From: Eledone cirrhosa
Lineage: Eukaryota
DNA: 64,000 nucleotides
Assembly: GCA_964016885.1 (NCBI GenBank)
Contig: OZ024751.1
Span: forward strand, 53,196,001-53,260,000
Reading direction: 5' to 3'
This document shows, one piece after another, positions 27,318-40,927 of this stretch. Both the position numbers and the translations under genes were made by a program. Positions within the stretch are counted from its first letter, which is position 1. The number at the start of each line of letters is the position of its first letter. The notes below the pieces were generated by a model that saw only the letters and a program-made list of their open reading frames with translations, did no database searches and was not told where the DNA came from.

Positions 27318-27727
27318 ACCGGGAGAGATGACCCCTTAGCCTTTGTCAAGGCAGAATTCTTGGAGAAGGAAAACTCTGATATAACACCTGCAGCCCTGAT
27401 GGTATCCAATGATGTTGACTCGTTCTTCTTTTTGGTAAATATCATCTTGGTTAAGAGAGTGGGACTGGCTTTGTGCATTGCCTTTGCTCACTATAAAAGC
27501 TTCACGGCACAGGCATTGCTTTGTATCTGGAGATCTCTCTGCACTTGTCGTCACATGGTACCATGGGCCCTGCACCGTGTCAATAATTGTCATAAGTGTA
27601 GTGTTTGTACCAGAGTTTTCAAGTCGCTGGCTGGACTTAAAAGTCACACTCGTTCAGCGCATCGGTAGGGGTTCTCCTACATGGATATAAAGTAGTGGCC
27701 GTACTCGAAAACGAGTTGGCAGCCACC
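27318..27727 (+). mobile_element. Non-autonomous bipartite RTE derivative, copy 2 (short form)
   Basis: Homologous to copy 1 from CCGGGAGAGATGACC; encodes CSVCTRVFKSLAGLKSHTRSAH; (TATG)n on both sides. Confidence 0.8.
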
Positions 27728-27766
27728 ATGTATGTATGTATGTATGTATGTATGTATGTATGTATG

Positions 27767-27797
<31 letters not shown>

Positions 27798-28199
27798 GAA
27801 AAAGAAGGGAAAAAAACAACAACTCAAAATAACAAAACACACACACACGCACACAACACAACAACAACATCAACTGCCACCACCACCACTACCGCCGCCG
27901 CCATCACCATCACCAGCGACCGGGCCTTAAGAAAACAACTTTAATAATAATTTTTCTGCTTTTGGCACGGATCCAGCGACTGGCCCAGCGCATCACTGGT
28001 ACTCTCTTTTGTTGACTCCGTGGGGATGAAAGGCAAGGTTGACCTCGGCGGGATTTGAGCTTAGAGCGTGGAGGTCCATGACTCTATACTGTAAAGCAAT
28101 TATAATAATACTGGACTGTAGTACGATCGGCTTCAACTATACAAACTCTTGAAAGTAAACAGTTGACATAATCTTGTAATCTTGTATCAGCAATGACGG

Positions 28200-28263
<64 letters not shown>

Positions 28264-28390
28264 AAGTGAGTAGAGTAGCGTGTGTTTGTTTGTATGTATG
28301 AGTGTTACTGTGTGCGCGCATATGTATGCGCGTGTGTGTATGTCGTACGTATAAGTGTCAATAGTTATTTTTTTTTTTTTTTTTTTTTTT

Positions 28391-28695
28391 GCGCGGGGAC
28401 ATAGAAATAATCGGGCTGGATGCCCGATCGCGCAGTTAAACCACTGGGAGTGAAGAACCCCTAGCCCTTGTCAGGGCATTCTCCTAGGAGAAGGCATCTC
28501 AGGAAACTGGGTTAACTCCGACATAAAACCTGCGGCTCAGTAGTTACCGATGATGTTGATCTTTTCTTCTTTTCGGGTTATAGCTACTGTCGCTCAGAGA
28601 GTGGGATTGGCTCAGTGCACAGTCTTTCCTCACTTTAAAAATATTCGTCACGCACAGGCATTGCACGAATGCATTAATAATTATTAATAGTGTAC

Positions 28696-28731
<36 letters not shown>

Positions 28732-31700
28732 TATTATTACTTTTTTTTTTCTTTTTTTTTCTTTTTTTTTTTCCCAATTCAATGATGTTCCAGAACAATA
28801 TAAAAGAGATAATTGGCAATTTAGGTTCTGGAACAAAAAAGTTCATTGGCAATAAGGGCAGGGGCCCCAGGTTATCACAGCCTGGGCCCGCTCGTCATCG
28901 TGCCATTGTAATAGTGCCAAACAAGGCATTTAGTCTTGGCTGCTGGAACGTACGGACGCTGCTTGACAGGGATTCCTTGGGGTGTCCTGAACGAAGGACC
29001 GCTCTTGTTGCAAAGGAGCTTTGACGTTACGATCTTGACATCGTGGCTTTATCTGAGACGAGGCTAGCTGGAGATGGTCATCATACGGAATTTTGTGGAG
29101 AATATACATTCTTCTGGAAAGGAAGAGATGAAGGAACCAGAAGAGAGGCTGGGGTAGGATTTGCTGTTAAGACTGTGCTTGTGAACAAATTAGAAGAATT
29201 CCCAGTAGGGATTAGTGAGCGTCTTATGTCCATGAGAGTTCCGCTGGACAAGGGAAGATATGCTACCCTGGTGAGTGTGAATGCTCCAACTATGAGTTCT
29301 GTCGATGAGGAAAAGGTGTCCTTTTACCATGCCTTGAAAGGTGTTTTAAGAAATATCCCTCAGGCAGACAAAGTCATCGTGCTTGGTGACTTTAATGCTA
29401 GAGTGGGTAGGGATTTTAACACATGGAATGTAATCGGAAGGCATGGGGTGGGAAAGTGTAACAGCAATGGTATGCTCCTGCTGCAGATGTGTGAGGAGCT
29501 GGATCTGTGTGTTACCAACACCATGTTCCAACAAAAGAACAAATTCAAGACCACATGGATGTATCCTGCATCTAAGGAATGGCATCTTTTGGACTACGTC
29601 CTAGTCAGGATGCGTGACAGACAGGATGTGCAGTGTGTTCGTGTTCTTCGTGGAGCTGAGTGCTGGACGGACCACCGCCTGGTACGCGCAAAAGTGAAAC
29701 TAATCACTAAACGTAAAATCCGGGCTCCTGGTGTTGCCCTGCCCAAAAGATTGAATGCTGTTCGTCTTAAGGATAAAAATGTGAAGAGGACATTGGAAGA
29801 AGAGATGCAGGCTGCAGATCTTGGTGAGGATTGGCCGACCCTTAAAAAGTCGGTTTATGATGTAGGCAGGCGTGTTCTGGGATTGGCGCAGAGGAAACAT
29901 CAGGACTGGTTTGATGAGAATGATGTACATATAGAAGACTTGTTGGCTGATAAGAGGCGTGCTCTGTCACGCTACTTGACGGCACAACCACAGGAGAGGA
30001 ATACGTTGCATGAGGAACTCAGGGATGTAAAATCACGTGTTAGGCGGAGTCTTTCTCAGATGAAGGATCACTGGTGGAGTGAGAAGACTGCGTCTGATTC
30101 CAATAACACAAAGCTGTTGTACAGTCTCTTCTCTGGTGACACCGTCTTCTTCTCTGGTGACACCGCTTCGCAGCAAGGATGGCAAAGAACTTCTTCGTGA
30201 CTCACAAGGAATTCTACGAAGGTGGCGAGAGCACTTTGATGATCTTTTGAATCAACCGTCTGTCGTCAGTGAAGATTTCCTCAATCTCATTCCAGAAAGT
30301 CCTGTGAAAGTAGCTCTCGCAGAACCTCCGACGCATGTGGAGGTTGCAATGGCTATTACGAAGCTGAACAGTGGAAGATCTCCAGGTATGGATGGCATAC
30401 ATGCTGAGCTCCTACAATATGGTGGTGAGAGACTCCTGCAACATCTTCACTTTTTGTTTGGCAGGATATGGGCTAATGAATCCGTACCTGAGGACTGGAG
30501 AGATACAGTAATGGTGGTCTTGTACAAGGGAAAGGGTAACAGGAACGATTGTGGGAACTACAGAGGTATATCATTGCTTTCTGTCGTAGGGAAAGTTTTA
30601 TGTAGGGTGCTTCTGGACCGTCTGCTGACACACATTGCAGATTGTGTTCTTCCTGAAAGTCAATCTGGTTTTCGTGCTGGACGCGGCACTACTGATATGA
30701 TCTTCTCAGCTAGACAGCTCCAGGAGAAGTGCATGGAACAAGGCTTGGATCTGTATCAGGTTTTTGTCGATCTGACAAAAGCTTTCGATACTGTTAACAG
30801 AGATGCATTATGGAAGGTTCTCCAGAAACTTGGTTGCCCTGATAAGTTCCTTGCTTTAGTTAGGTCTTTCCATGACGACATGAAGGCTTGGGTTAATGTC
30901 GGGGGTAACATGTCGGAGTCTATCTCAGTAAAAAATGGACTGAAACAGGGGGATATTCCAGCACCGACCCTGTTTGCCATATACTTTGCAATGGTTTTCT
31001 GTATTGCATTCAGGAATTGCGAGCATGGTGTTTACATCCGATATCGAACCTCAGGCAGCATATTTAACATCAGGCGCTTTGCTGCGAAGACAAAAGTATT
31101 TACATCAATCATAAGAGACCTCTTGTATGCAGATGATGGCGATCTTGTAGCGCACACAGAGAGTGATATGCAGCCCATTTTGAATGCATTTTCTGACGCT
31201 TGCACTGCCCTAGGTCTGACTGTCAGTCTCAAGAAAACCGTCGTCATGTACCAACCTGCCCCTGGTAAGCAGTACACTGAACCAAACATCTATGTGTATG
31301 GCAAACGACTTGGAGTGGTTGATCAGTTTGTCTACCTGGGAAGCACTGTCAATCGATACAGCAACCTTGACAGTGAAATCTCACTTAGGATTAGGAAAGC
31401 AAGTGATGCTTTCGGAAAGCTAGAAAGGCGACTCTGGGGTCGGCGAGACATATGCAGGAGGACAAAGGTAAAGGTGTACAGGGCATGTGTGCTCTCTTGT
31501 CTTCTTTATGCCTGCGAGACCTGGGTCACATATCGACACCACCTTAAGCAATTGGAGCGTTTCCATCAGATGTGTCTCAGACGGATCCATGGCGTTCACT
31601 GGAGGGACCACATCAGTGATGTCGAGATTTTGGAAAGCTCTATGTGTGACAGTATAGAAGCTCTTGTGCTTAAGCAACGACTCCGTTGGAGTGGTCATCT

Positions 31701-32608
31701 TGCCAGGATGAAGGATTCTAGAATACCAAAACAACTCTTTTATGGAGAGTTAGTTAAAGGAAAACGACCGCCACATAAACCAAAAAAGAGGTATAAGGAT
31801 TCCTTGAAAGCCTCTCTGAAAGACGCTAACATCTCTTCTGATACATGGGAGAATATTGCTGCTGATCGTAATAAATGGAGAAAGACTGTATATGAAGGAA
31901 AAGTTGCCTTTGAGGCATCTCGAATCGCATACGAGAAAGTAAAGCCGGATGTGAGGAAGGGCATTGCTGTTGCACTTCCAGACGGCGAGGGTCCTCCTAT
32001 GGTGCTGACATGGAGCGTATGTGCGAGACTCTGCCTAAGCAAAGCTGGACTCGAAAGTCATAAAGTAAGACCAGTGGTTGACTACCAGGCTGCTGTTGGA
32101 GATGCTACTCATCATGCTTGCCAAACATGTGGTAGAGAATGTAAATCAGCAGGAGGGCTCAAGCGACATGCAAAAGTACACGAACTCCAACCACAGCCGA
32201 CTATTCCCAGTGAATGTTTTGGTTGCCGACTCTGTGCAAGACATTTTAGATCCTTGGCTGGGCTAAAAAGCCACATTCGATCGCAGCGCTGTTAGTTGCT
32301 ATCGTGTGTGTGTGTGTGTGTAGATATGGTTATGTGTGTGCGTGTGTATATAAACGAAATATATTATTATTGTTGTTGTTATTATTATTGTTGTTATTAT
32401 TATTATCATTATTATTGTTATTAATGTATGTGTGTGTGTATATGTGTATGTATATGTATATATATATATATATACATATTTTTTAAATTTATTTTTTATT
32501 TTTTATTTTTTTTATTTTTATTTTATTTTTATTTATTTATTATTATTATTATTTTTTTTTCTTTCTCCTCGTGCAATGGCCATACTCGATAACGAGGGGG
32601 CAGCCATC
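28391..32608 (+). mobile_element. Near full-length RTE (BovB-like) LINE with (ATGT)n tail
   Basis: 5' UTR motif GCCCTTGTCAGGGC..CTAGGAGAAGG; single long broken ORF; 3' stem-loop CTCG-ataa-CGAG followed by (ATGT)n. Confidence 0.9.
28782..32295 (+). pseudogene. RTE ORF: AP endonuclease, reverse transcriptase and three C-terminal C2H2 fingers
   Basis: GCWNVRTL, ALSETR, GDFNARVG, LDYVL, TDHRLV; NYRGISLL, DLTKAFD, LKQG, LLYADD, FVYLGS; CxxC..H motifs. In-frame stop at 29022-29024 and a frameshift with local duplication near 30080-30165. Confidence 0.93.
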
Positions 32609-32676
32609 ATGTATGTATGTATGTATGTATGTATGTATGTATGTATGTATGTATGTATGTATGTATGTATGTATGT

Positions 32677-33277
32677 CACAAGTTGGTGCTACTGGTAACA
32701 TGTATCCCAGTACAACCTGTCTCATGGTCGGGTCGTTGGCGACTAAACTGGCAACTCCACCAAGGTTTCTTGGTGAGGAGGGTGACTTTGGACATCCTGC
32801 AGGACTAAAAACAAAACCTGTCAAAGGGCAAAGGAGCTCTTAAGAGTCAATGGCCATCCAAAATCACCGGGAGAGATGACCCCTTAGCCTTTGTCAAGGC
32901 AGAATTCTAGGAGAAGGAAAACTCTGATATAACACCTGCAACCCTGATGGTATCCAATGATGTTGACTTGTTCTTCTTTTTGGTAAATATCATCTTGGTT
33001 AAGAGAGTGGGACTGGCTTTGTGCAGTGCCTTTGCTCACTATAAAAGCTTCACGGCACAGGCATTGCTTTATATCTGGAGATCTCTCTGCACTTGTCGTC
33101 ACATGGTACCATGGGCCCAGCAATATGTGTCAATAATTGTCACAAGTGCAGTGTTTGTACCAGAGTTTTCAAGTCGCTGGCGGGACTAAAAAGTCACACT
33201 CGTTCAGCGCATCAGTAGGGGTTCTCCTACATGGATATGAAGTAGTGGCTGTACTCGAAAACGAGTTGGCAGCCACC
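32677..33277 (+). mobile_element. Non-autonomous bipartite RTE derivative, copy 3 (longest)
   Basis: Same as copy 1 with about 45 extra 5' nt forming hairpin TACTGG...CCAGTA; sits directly in the RTE (ATGT)n tail. Confidence 0.8.
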
Positions 33278-33289
33278 ATGTATGTATGT

Positions 33290-33771
33290 ATGTGTGTGTG
33301 TGTGAAACCCGAGAAGTACCCAACCGATCTTTTTCAAACTTTACATGTGTATTACTTATATTTCAGGGAGTGTTATGCACATAAAATTCAACATTTTGAT
33401 CCCCTAGGGTCCGCATTAGGTGAAAAACTTAGTTTTTTTTCAGCTTTTTAGGGGTTTTTTATTGAGGCGTTACGTCAGACTGATTTGCTTGAAATTGTAA
33501 CTATATATTAGTCAGTCTCTTTTTCCCGAAATTTCAAGGCATATTATGCACATAAAAAAATTCATTTTCTTGATACCCTAGGGTCCGCATTAGGTGAAAA
33601 CCTGCCTTTTTCCTGCTTCATCGAGGAAAATCTTAGATTATCCAGCCATCGGAGTATTCGGTTTACTTTCTTTACATATTGTCCAGGCATGCAGTTTTTC
33701 CAAGATTAGGTCTGTTGGCGGCCCGCGTTCCAAAATACCTTATCCCGTGCAACGCCGGGTACCACTGCTAG
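33290..33771 (+). mobile_element. 3' part of a non-autonomous Helitron
   Basis: Subterminal hairpin CCCG-tgcaacgc-CGGG at 33744-33759, terminal CTAG at 33768-33771 followed by T; internal duplication about 33373-33428 / 33545-33600. Confidence 0.6.
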
Positions 33772-33805
33772 TATATATATATGTAAATGGTAAACACACA
33801 CACAC

Positions 33806-33950
<145 letters not shown>

Positions 33951-34322
33951 AAAGGTAAACACACACACACATATATATATATACAAACATACGGTCCGGC
34001 ACTCTGCCGATTCACTGACTTGGATAAATATATCTTCTTTAATAGATTGGCAATAAACCAGCTGATCTACTTTCTCTCTCTCCTTTTAACACCTTTTCTA
34101 ATCGCCCTTAGCTATATAAAACACTTTCAATTGGATTTGAGGCCAGTATTTCTGATAATTTTATTTTAGTTATTTTAAGTTTGTATTTTCTGGCAGAGAT
34201 CTGTGCGTGGGAAGACATGGTGTCCATGCTAACTCACACATATTTATTTATGGTTTTAATTGTTAAATACGACTTTCCCAATCTATATGTTGGTCTTTTT
34301 TCTGCATTGTTCATTGAACGTG

Positions 34323-34354
<32 letters not shown>

Positions 34355-34394
34355 GATAACTGCAAACTCTGTTAAGAGTATTGAAATCGCTTGT

Positions 34395-34700
34395 TAGATT
34401 CAGATGTGTGACGCTCGGATATGGCTTTTCAAGCCCACTAGAGACTTGCACTCCCTCGCACACTGACGATAACTATGGATCTCCTGGCCCGAGGTCTTGC
34501 ATCAGGTTGCCTGGGAACCCTCACAATACTGTAGAGATCATAGTTCACTGGTTCTCTTTGAACATGGCTTAAACTGTGGCTCCTGTGACCAGATTTGCTC
34601 AAGCAAATTTTTCCACACCCAGGGCACTTCAATTCAATAGAGACACCGATCGTTTCGAGAGATACACCAGGGCATTGCTTACGCACATCCCGTTTGATCT
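34395..34700 (-). pseudogene. Old RTE C-terminal zinc-finger remnant
   Basis: CPGCGKICLSKSGHRSH and, in another frame, CQCARECKSLVGLKSHIRASH; resembles the C-terminus of 30079-32295. Confidence 0.65.
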
Positions 34701-34848
34701 ACTCGTGCTCTATGCATCTGTCCTCAAAATTATGGACCCCATTACTCACCATTCCACGCCAAGTTTCTCTTTGTGTGTGTGTGTATGTGTGTGGGTATAG
34801 TTTATCGGTGTGTAACTTTACATTAGTATTGGTTCACCAGTTTGAGCA

Positions 34849-34930
34849 CTCGATGAGCTATTGCTTCCAGAGTCGGATACGATCGATACTGAGTGTACCT
34901 TGAGCTGATCGATCGCGAAACGCACGTCAC
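34849..34930 (+). ncRNA. Long-stem-II hammerhead family, decayed copy
   Basis: (T)CGATGA-GC...TTCCAGAGTC...GAGCTGATCGA..GC-GAAAC-GCAC-GTC. Confidence 0.45.
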
Positions 34931-35102
34931 ACCTGAATAAACATTATAATGATATTTTGACACCTCGTTCCTACACATTATATATCTATCATGTTATTTA
35001 TCACCAACGGGAGTACAATTTATCGAATATAATTATTAAATCATATTCGATTTATGTCCTCAGTGTCGCTATCCTAAATGTGCACCTCTTATCATTTTCT
35101 CC

Positions 35103-35157
<55 letters not shown>

Positions 35158-35175
35158 ATGTATATATAATGTATA

Positions 35176-35216
<41 letters not shown>

Positions 35217-35800
35217 GCAGTCGAATGACTTCTGTCAAATCGGACCGAGGAAATAATGCTTCCATTGGTCTTTCCAATTGCTAATACTATCTTACTATCT
35301 ATCGGTCGCAAATCCAGGTAGAAGGAGCAACGTGAAATAAAATGTCTTGCTCAAGGGCATAACGCATTGTCCGGTCCGGGAATCGAACTCACAATGAGAT
35401 TCTTTAACCACTAAGCAGCCCAGGAATCGAACCCACGACATTATGATCGTAACTCCACTGTGTGTGTATATATATATATATATATATACAATACATTAAC
35501 AGAGAAAGCCTTAAGCTATACTCTGACTGGCTTCCATCTCACTCAACAAACATTAGGATATACCTTAGTATAATCCCAATTTTACGTTTGGGGTGCTAAC
35601 TATATGTATTTTGCGGAAGGCCAGTAGTATTATTTTATATGAGACATAATTAAAATATATCTCCTTTTCCAAACAATTGTTTCATTATAATATATAGTAA
35701 AAATAATAAATTTGAAGACTAAAATCCAAAGATAAGGATAACTATATATCAAATATATAAGGATAAATATATATCAAATATATAAGAACCGTAGAGCAAA

Positions 35801-36960
35801 TATTTATTAAAATAACAGATTAAAGTTTAAGCAAAGAATCGCTGCTTTCACCCTTAACGGCATCTTCTGAAACTAACAAAGTCAATCTGTAAACGCAGAA
35901 GTGGATATTTCAAAAAACGTTGCAACCGGAGGAAGACAGGAAGACGATAGCCCCACATTATACCCTAACGGATAGTACGATCTCTACGTGGATATTTTAC
36001 GTCTTGATGTGGTAGCTAAGTATATGTTTTGTTTATACCATTACTTATTTGCATAGGTAAGTATATATTACCTGTATGTTTTGTGAAGGTACGTATACTT
36101 TCTCATACGTATATTTGATTGATTATGTTATGGCGTATAAATGTTCTATATATTCTGGTATATATGGTTTGGTTATGTGTATACGGGAGTTTTGCGTCTG
36201 CGTGTGTATGCAGGTTCGTACGTATGTAGGGTGTGTGTATATGTGTACTTCATGTTTTGGTTGACTTACGTCTCCGAACATTTGTGTATTTACATGTAGG
36301 TGTGTGTGTGCGCTTGTTATATACGTATTTATTTATTTATATACGTTTATTTAATTATTTATTTATTTGCATACACGCATATTTATATGTGCGTGGTTTT
36401 GTATACCTATGGCAAGTGTTTTGCGTATGCTTGTGTATGTACGTATTTTCTTGCGTGTATGCATTTATTTAATTTCTATTACCTCTGTATTGTATTTATT
36501 TACTTTATTCTTAACTCTGAAGCGGAGATTCATTCGGTTACCTAATTAGAATTTAGTCTACGATTTCAGCTATACCATTTACGTGGTTTTGTCTTTGCTT
36601 GCAATTGTTCTCTACGCTCCACATATGACGTATTATCTTCGTTTTTTCCGTTCATTGCCAGAGAACGTCTCTATTAACCACCTAAGAGAACATTAGTCTA
36701 CGGCTTCTTTTATACCATAATAGTGGTTCTGTCTTTGCGCGTAATTGTTTTTCACCGCTCCTATTAATGACGTATTATATTCGTTTTTCCCCGTTCTTTG
36801 CCAGGGAACGTTTCCACGAACCAAAGTATCGTCTTCCTCCGGTTGCAACGTTTTTTGAAATATCCACTTCTGCGTTTACAGATTGACTTTGTTAGTTTCA
36901 GAAGATGCCGTTAAGGGTGAAAGCAGCGATTTTTTGCTTAAACTTTAATCTGTTATTTTA

Positions 36961-36967
<7 letters not shown>
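35801..36967 (+). mobile_element. PLE 3' region with an inverted terminal piece at its 5' end
   Basis: 35949-36967 is the reverse complement of about 2260-3250 (starts at the last ORF codons SPTLYPNG-stop); 35801-35949 is an inverted copy of the last about 145 bp. Confidence 0.85.
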
Positions 36968-37025
<58 letters not shown>

Positions 37026-37237
37026 TCGATCGACTTTCGTCAAATCGGACCGAGGGAACAATGTTTCCGTTGGTCTTTCCAATTGCTAATACTATCTATC
37101 GGTCGCAACTCCAGGTAGAAGGAGCAACGTGAAATAAAGTGTCTTGCCCAAGGACATAACGCATCGCCTGGTCCAGGAATCGAACTCACAACCTTATGAT
37201 TGCGAATCCAATTCTCTAACCACTCAGCCACACGCCT

Positions 37238-38075
<838 letters not shown>

Positions 38076-38356
38076 TATGGCTGTGTCTGTAAGATTAATT
38101 TTTTATGTCACATTTATGACTACATGTTTACACAAAGTGTAACCATGTGTAGCCATGTGTAGCCATGCTTACGCTTGTGTTTGAGGATAGTGTATAATTG
38201 AGCTTGTATATAGTGAAGTACTAAAGAGACTGACACGTTTTATTAACCATCCCGCCAAAGCAAATACTTTTCGCGCGCACACACACCTACACAAAAACAT
38301 GCATACACACACACACACATACATACATACAAGCATACATATAGACATACATACAT

Positions 38357-38484
38357 GATGGCTGTCCCCTCGTTATCGAGTATGGTCATTGCACGATGTA
38401 ACATTATTAATAATTATTAATTAATGCTACCGTGCAATGCTTGTGCGTGCAGATTTCTTTTAAAGTGAGGAAAGACTGAGCACT
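38357..38484 (-). mobile_element. Mini bipartite RTE derivative
   Basis: Minus strand matches the RTE 5' UTR at about 28614-28690, fused directly to the RTE 3' end at about 32570-32608, then a (ATGT)n tail. Confidence 0.75.
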
Positions 38485-38576
38485 ACATACATACATACAT
38501 ACATAGATACATACATACATACATACATACATACATACATACATACATACATACATACATACATACATACATACAT

Positions 38577-40661
38577 GATGGCTGCCCCCTCGTTTTCGAG
38601 TATGGCCATTGCACGAGAAAAAAAAAATAGCAATAATAATCTGTCCGTAATGTGGAAACTGTTGACGAGCATTGTGTCTGAGGAAATCTACCATCACCTC
38701 CACACAAACAACTTGTTACCGGACGAACAGAAAGGATGCCGAAAGAAGTCACGTGGTACAAAGGACCAGTTACTTATTGATAAGATGATAATGGGGAATT
38801 GCAGGAGGAGACACACTGATCTTGCCATGGGATGGATAGACTATAGAAAGGCATTTGACATGGTGCCTCATTCTTGGATCACCAAAAGCCTGGAGATCTT
38901 CAGGGTGGCAGATAACATCAGACAGTTGCTGGGCAGGAGTATGGGGTCCTGGGAGACAGAGTTGACATCAACTGGAGTATCCTTGGGAAGCGTGAAGATC
39001 AAGAGAGGTATCTTCCAGGGAGATAGCCTGTCCCCTCTGTTGTTTGTCCTTGCCCTGATGCCCTTGACCATTATGCTGCGAAAAGTGAGAGCAGGATACA
39101 AGTTGGGAAAGGGAGAGCTTACCATCAATCACCTCCTCTTCATGGACGATCTTAAGCTCTTCGGGAAAAGTGAGAAGGAGTTGGATGTGCTTGTTGACAC
39201 TGTCCGTATTTTCAGCAGTGATATATGTATGCAGTTTGGTATTAGTAAATGTGGAGTCATTGTGATGAGGAGGGGTAGGTTGAGCAGAAGTAACGGGATC
39301 CAGATACCAACAGGTGAGATGATAAAGGAAATTGACTCTGAGGAAGGATACAAGTATTTGGGCGTTCTGGAGGCTGATGGCATAAAGAACAAAAAAATGA
39401 AGGAATTGTTAAGAACTGAATACATTCGGAGAGTAGGGAGCGTATTGAAGTCACATCTGAACAGCAGAAATGCCATAAGCGCAGTAAATTCCCGAGCTGT
39501 GTCTATTATTAGGTACAGTGCGGGAATTCTGAGATGGAATGTTGCTGAACAAAAAGAAATGGATAGGAAGACTAGGAAGCTATTGACTATCTACAACATG
39601 TTCCACAATAGGAGTGATGTCGATAGACTCTACCTAAGGAGATCTGAGGGTGGAAGAGGTCTTATCAGCATAGAGGACTGTGTTCAGATGGAGAAAAACA
39701 ACCTATACAAATACGTGACCTATAGTAAGGAGCCAATGCTCAGAACTGTACTGAAGGAGGGGACAGTAGGCCAGGGGATGTCCAAAGAGGAAATAACATC
39801 AAGGAGGAAGAGCAGCCTTAAGGGGAAATCCCTTCATAGTACCTTTTTTGAGAAAACTGAATTTAGAGATCCACAGACATGGAACTGGTTGAGAAGAGGA
39901 GACCTCAAAAAGGCTACAGAAGGAATGCTAATGGCTGCGCAGGAGCAGGCCCTCAAAACGAAGTGGTTGAAGCACCATATTTACAAGGAGCAGGCTAGCC
40001 CACTGTGCAGGATCTGTGGAGAGAGAGAGGAGACTGTGGCTCACATTGTGTCCGAGTGTAAAAAGCTAGCCCAGACCCACTATAAGGGCTGGAGACATGA
40101 TGTGATGGGCAAGGTGATCCACTGGCACCTGTGCAAAGTAAACAATCTACCACATTCTGAGAAATGGTATGAGCATAAGCCAGAGGCGGTGATGGAGAAC
40201 GATCAGGTGAAGGTGCTGTGTGATTTTAGGATACAGACGGACAAGAAACTGGAACACAATAGACCTGACCTGGTGGTTGTGGACAAAGAAAAAAGATCGT
40301 GTCTGATTGTGGATGTGGCCTGCCCTTTCGACACGAGAGTGCAAGAGAAGGAGAGGGAGAAAATTAACCGATACCAGGACCTAAAGTGGGAGGTGAAAAG
40401 GATTTGGAACTGCCATGAAGTCAAAGTGATCCCGATTGTCATAGGCGCACTGGGGACTATCTCCAAAAGTTTCCAGGGATGGTTAAAGAAAATCGGCCCC
40501 TTCACGCTTTTTGGAACGCTTCAAAAGGCATGCTTGCTTGGAACAGCAAGAACCCTCCGATACGTCCTGAATATCTGAGGCTGCAGGTAGTGGCTTGATA
40601 TTCATTCCAACGGACTTTCCAGTTAACCAACATCAATGACTGAGATTCAAGGAATAACAAC

Positions 40662-40692
<31 letters not shown>

Positions 40693-40887
40693 AAAAAAAA
40701 TATATATATATATACATATACATACATATGTACACACACACACACACACATACTCACACACATACACACACACATACATTAATAACAATAATAATAACAA
40801 TAATAATAACAACAATAATAATAACGACAACAACAATAATAATATACATATACATATATATATACACACACACGCCCACACATAACC

Positions 40888-40927
<40 letters not shown>

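Noticed and set aside
32677-32760. HDV-like or twister ribozyme at the 5' end of the RTE derivative
   Set aside because: Hairpins and an ACC-loop-GGT...CTAA pattern are present, but I could not build P1/P1.1 or the twister pseudoknots by eye.
38575-38640. N-terminus of the 667-aa ORF
   Set aside because: Chimeric: these codons are the antisense RTE 3' end and microsatellite; the Dong element is 5'-truncated.
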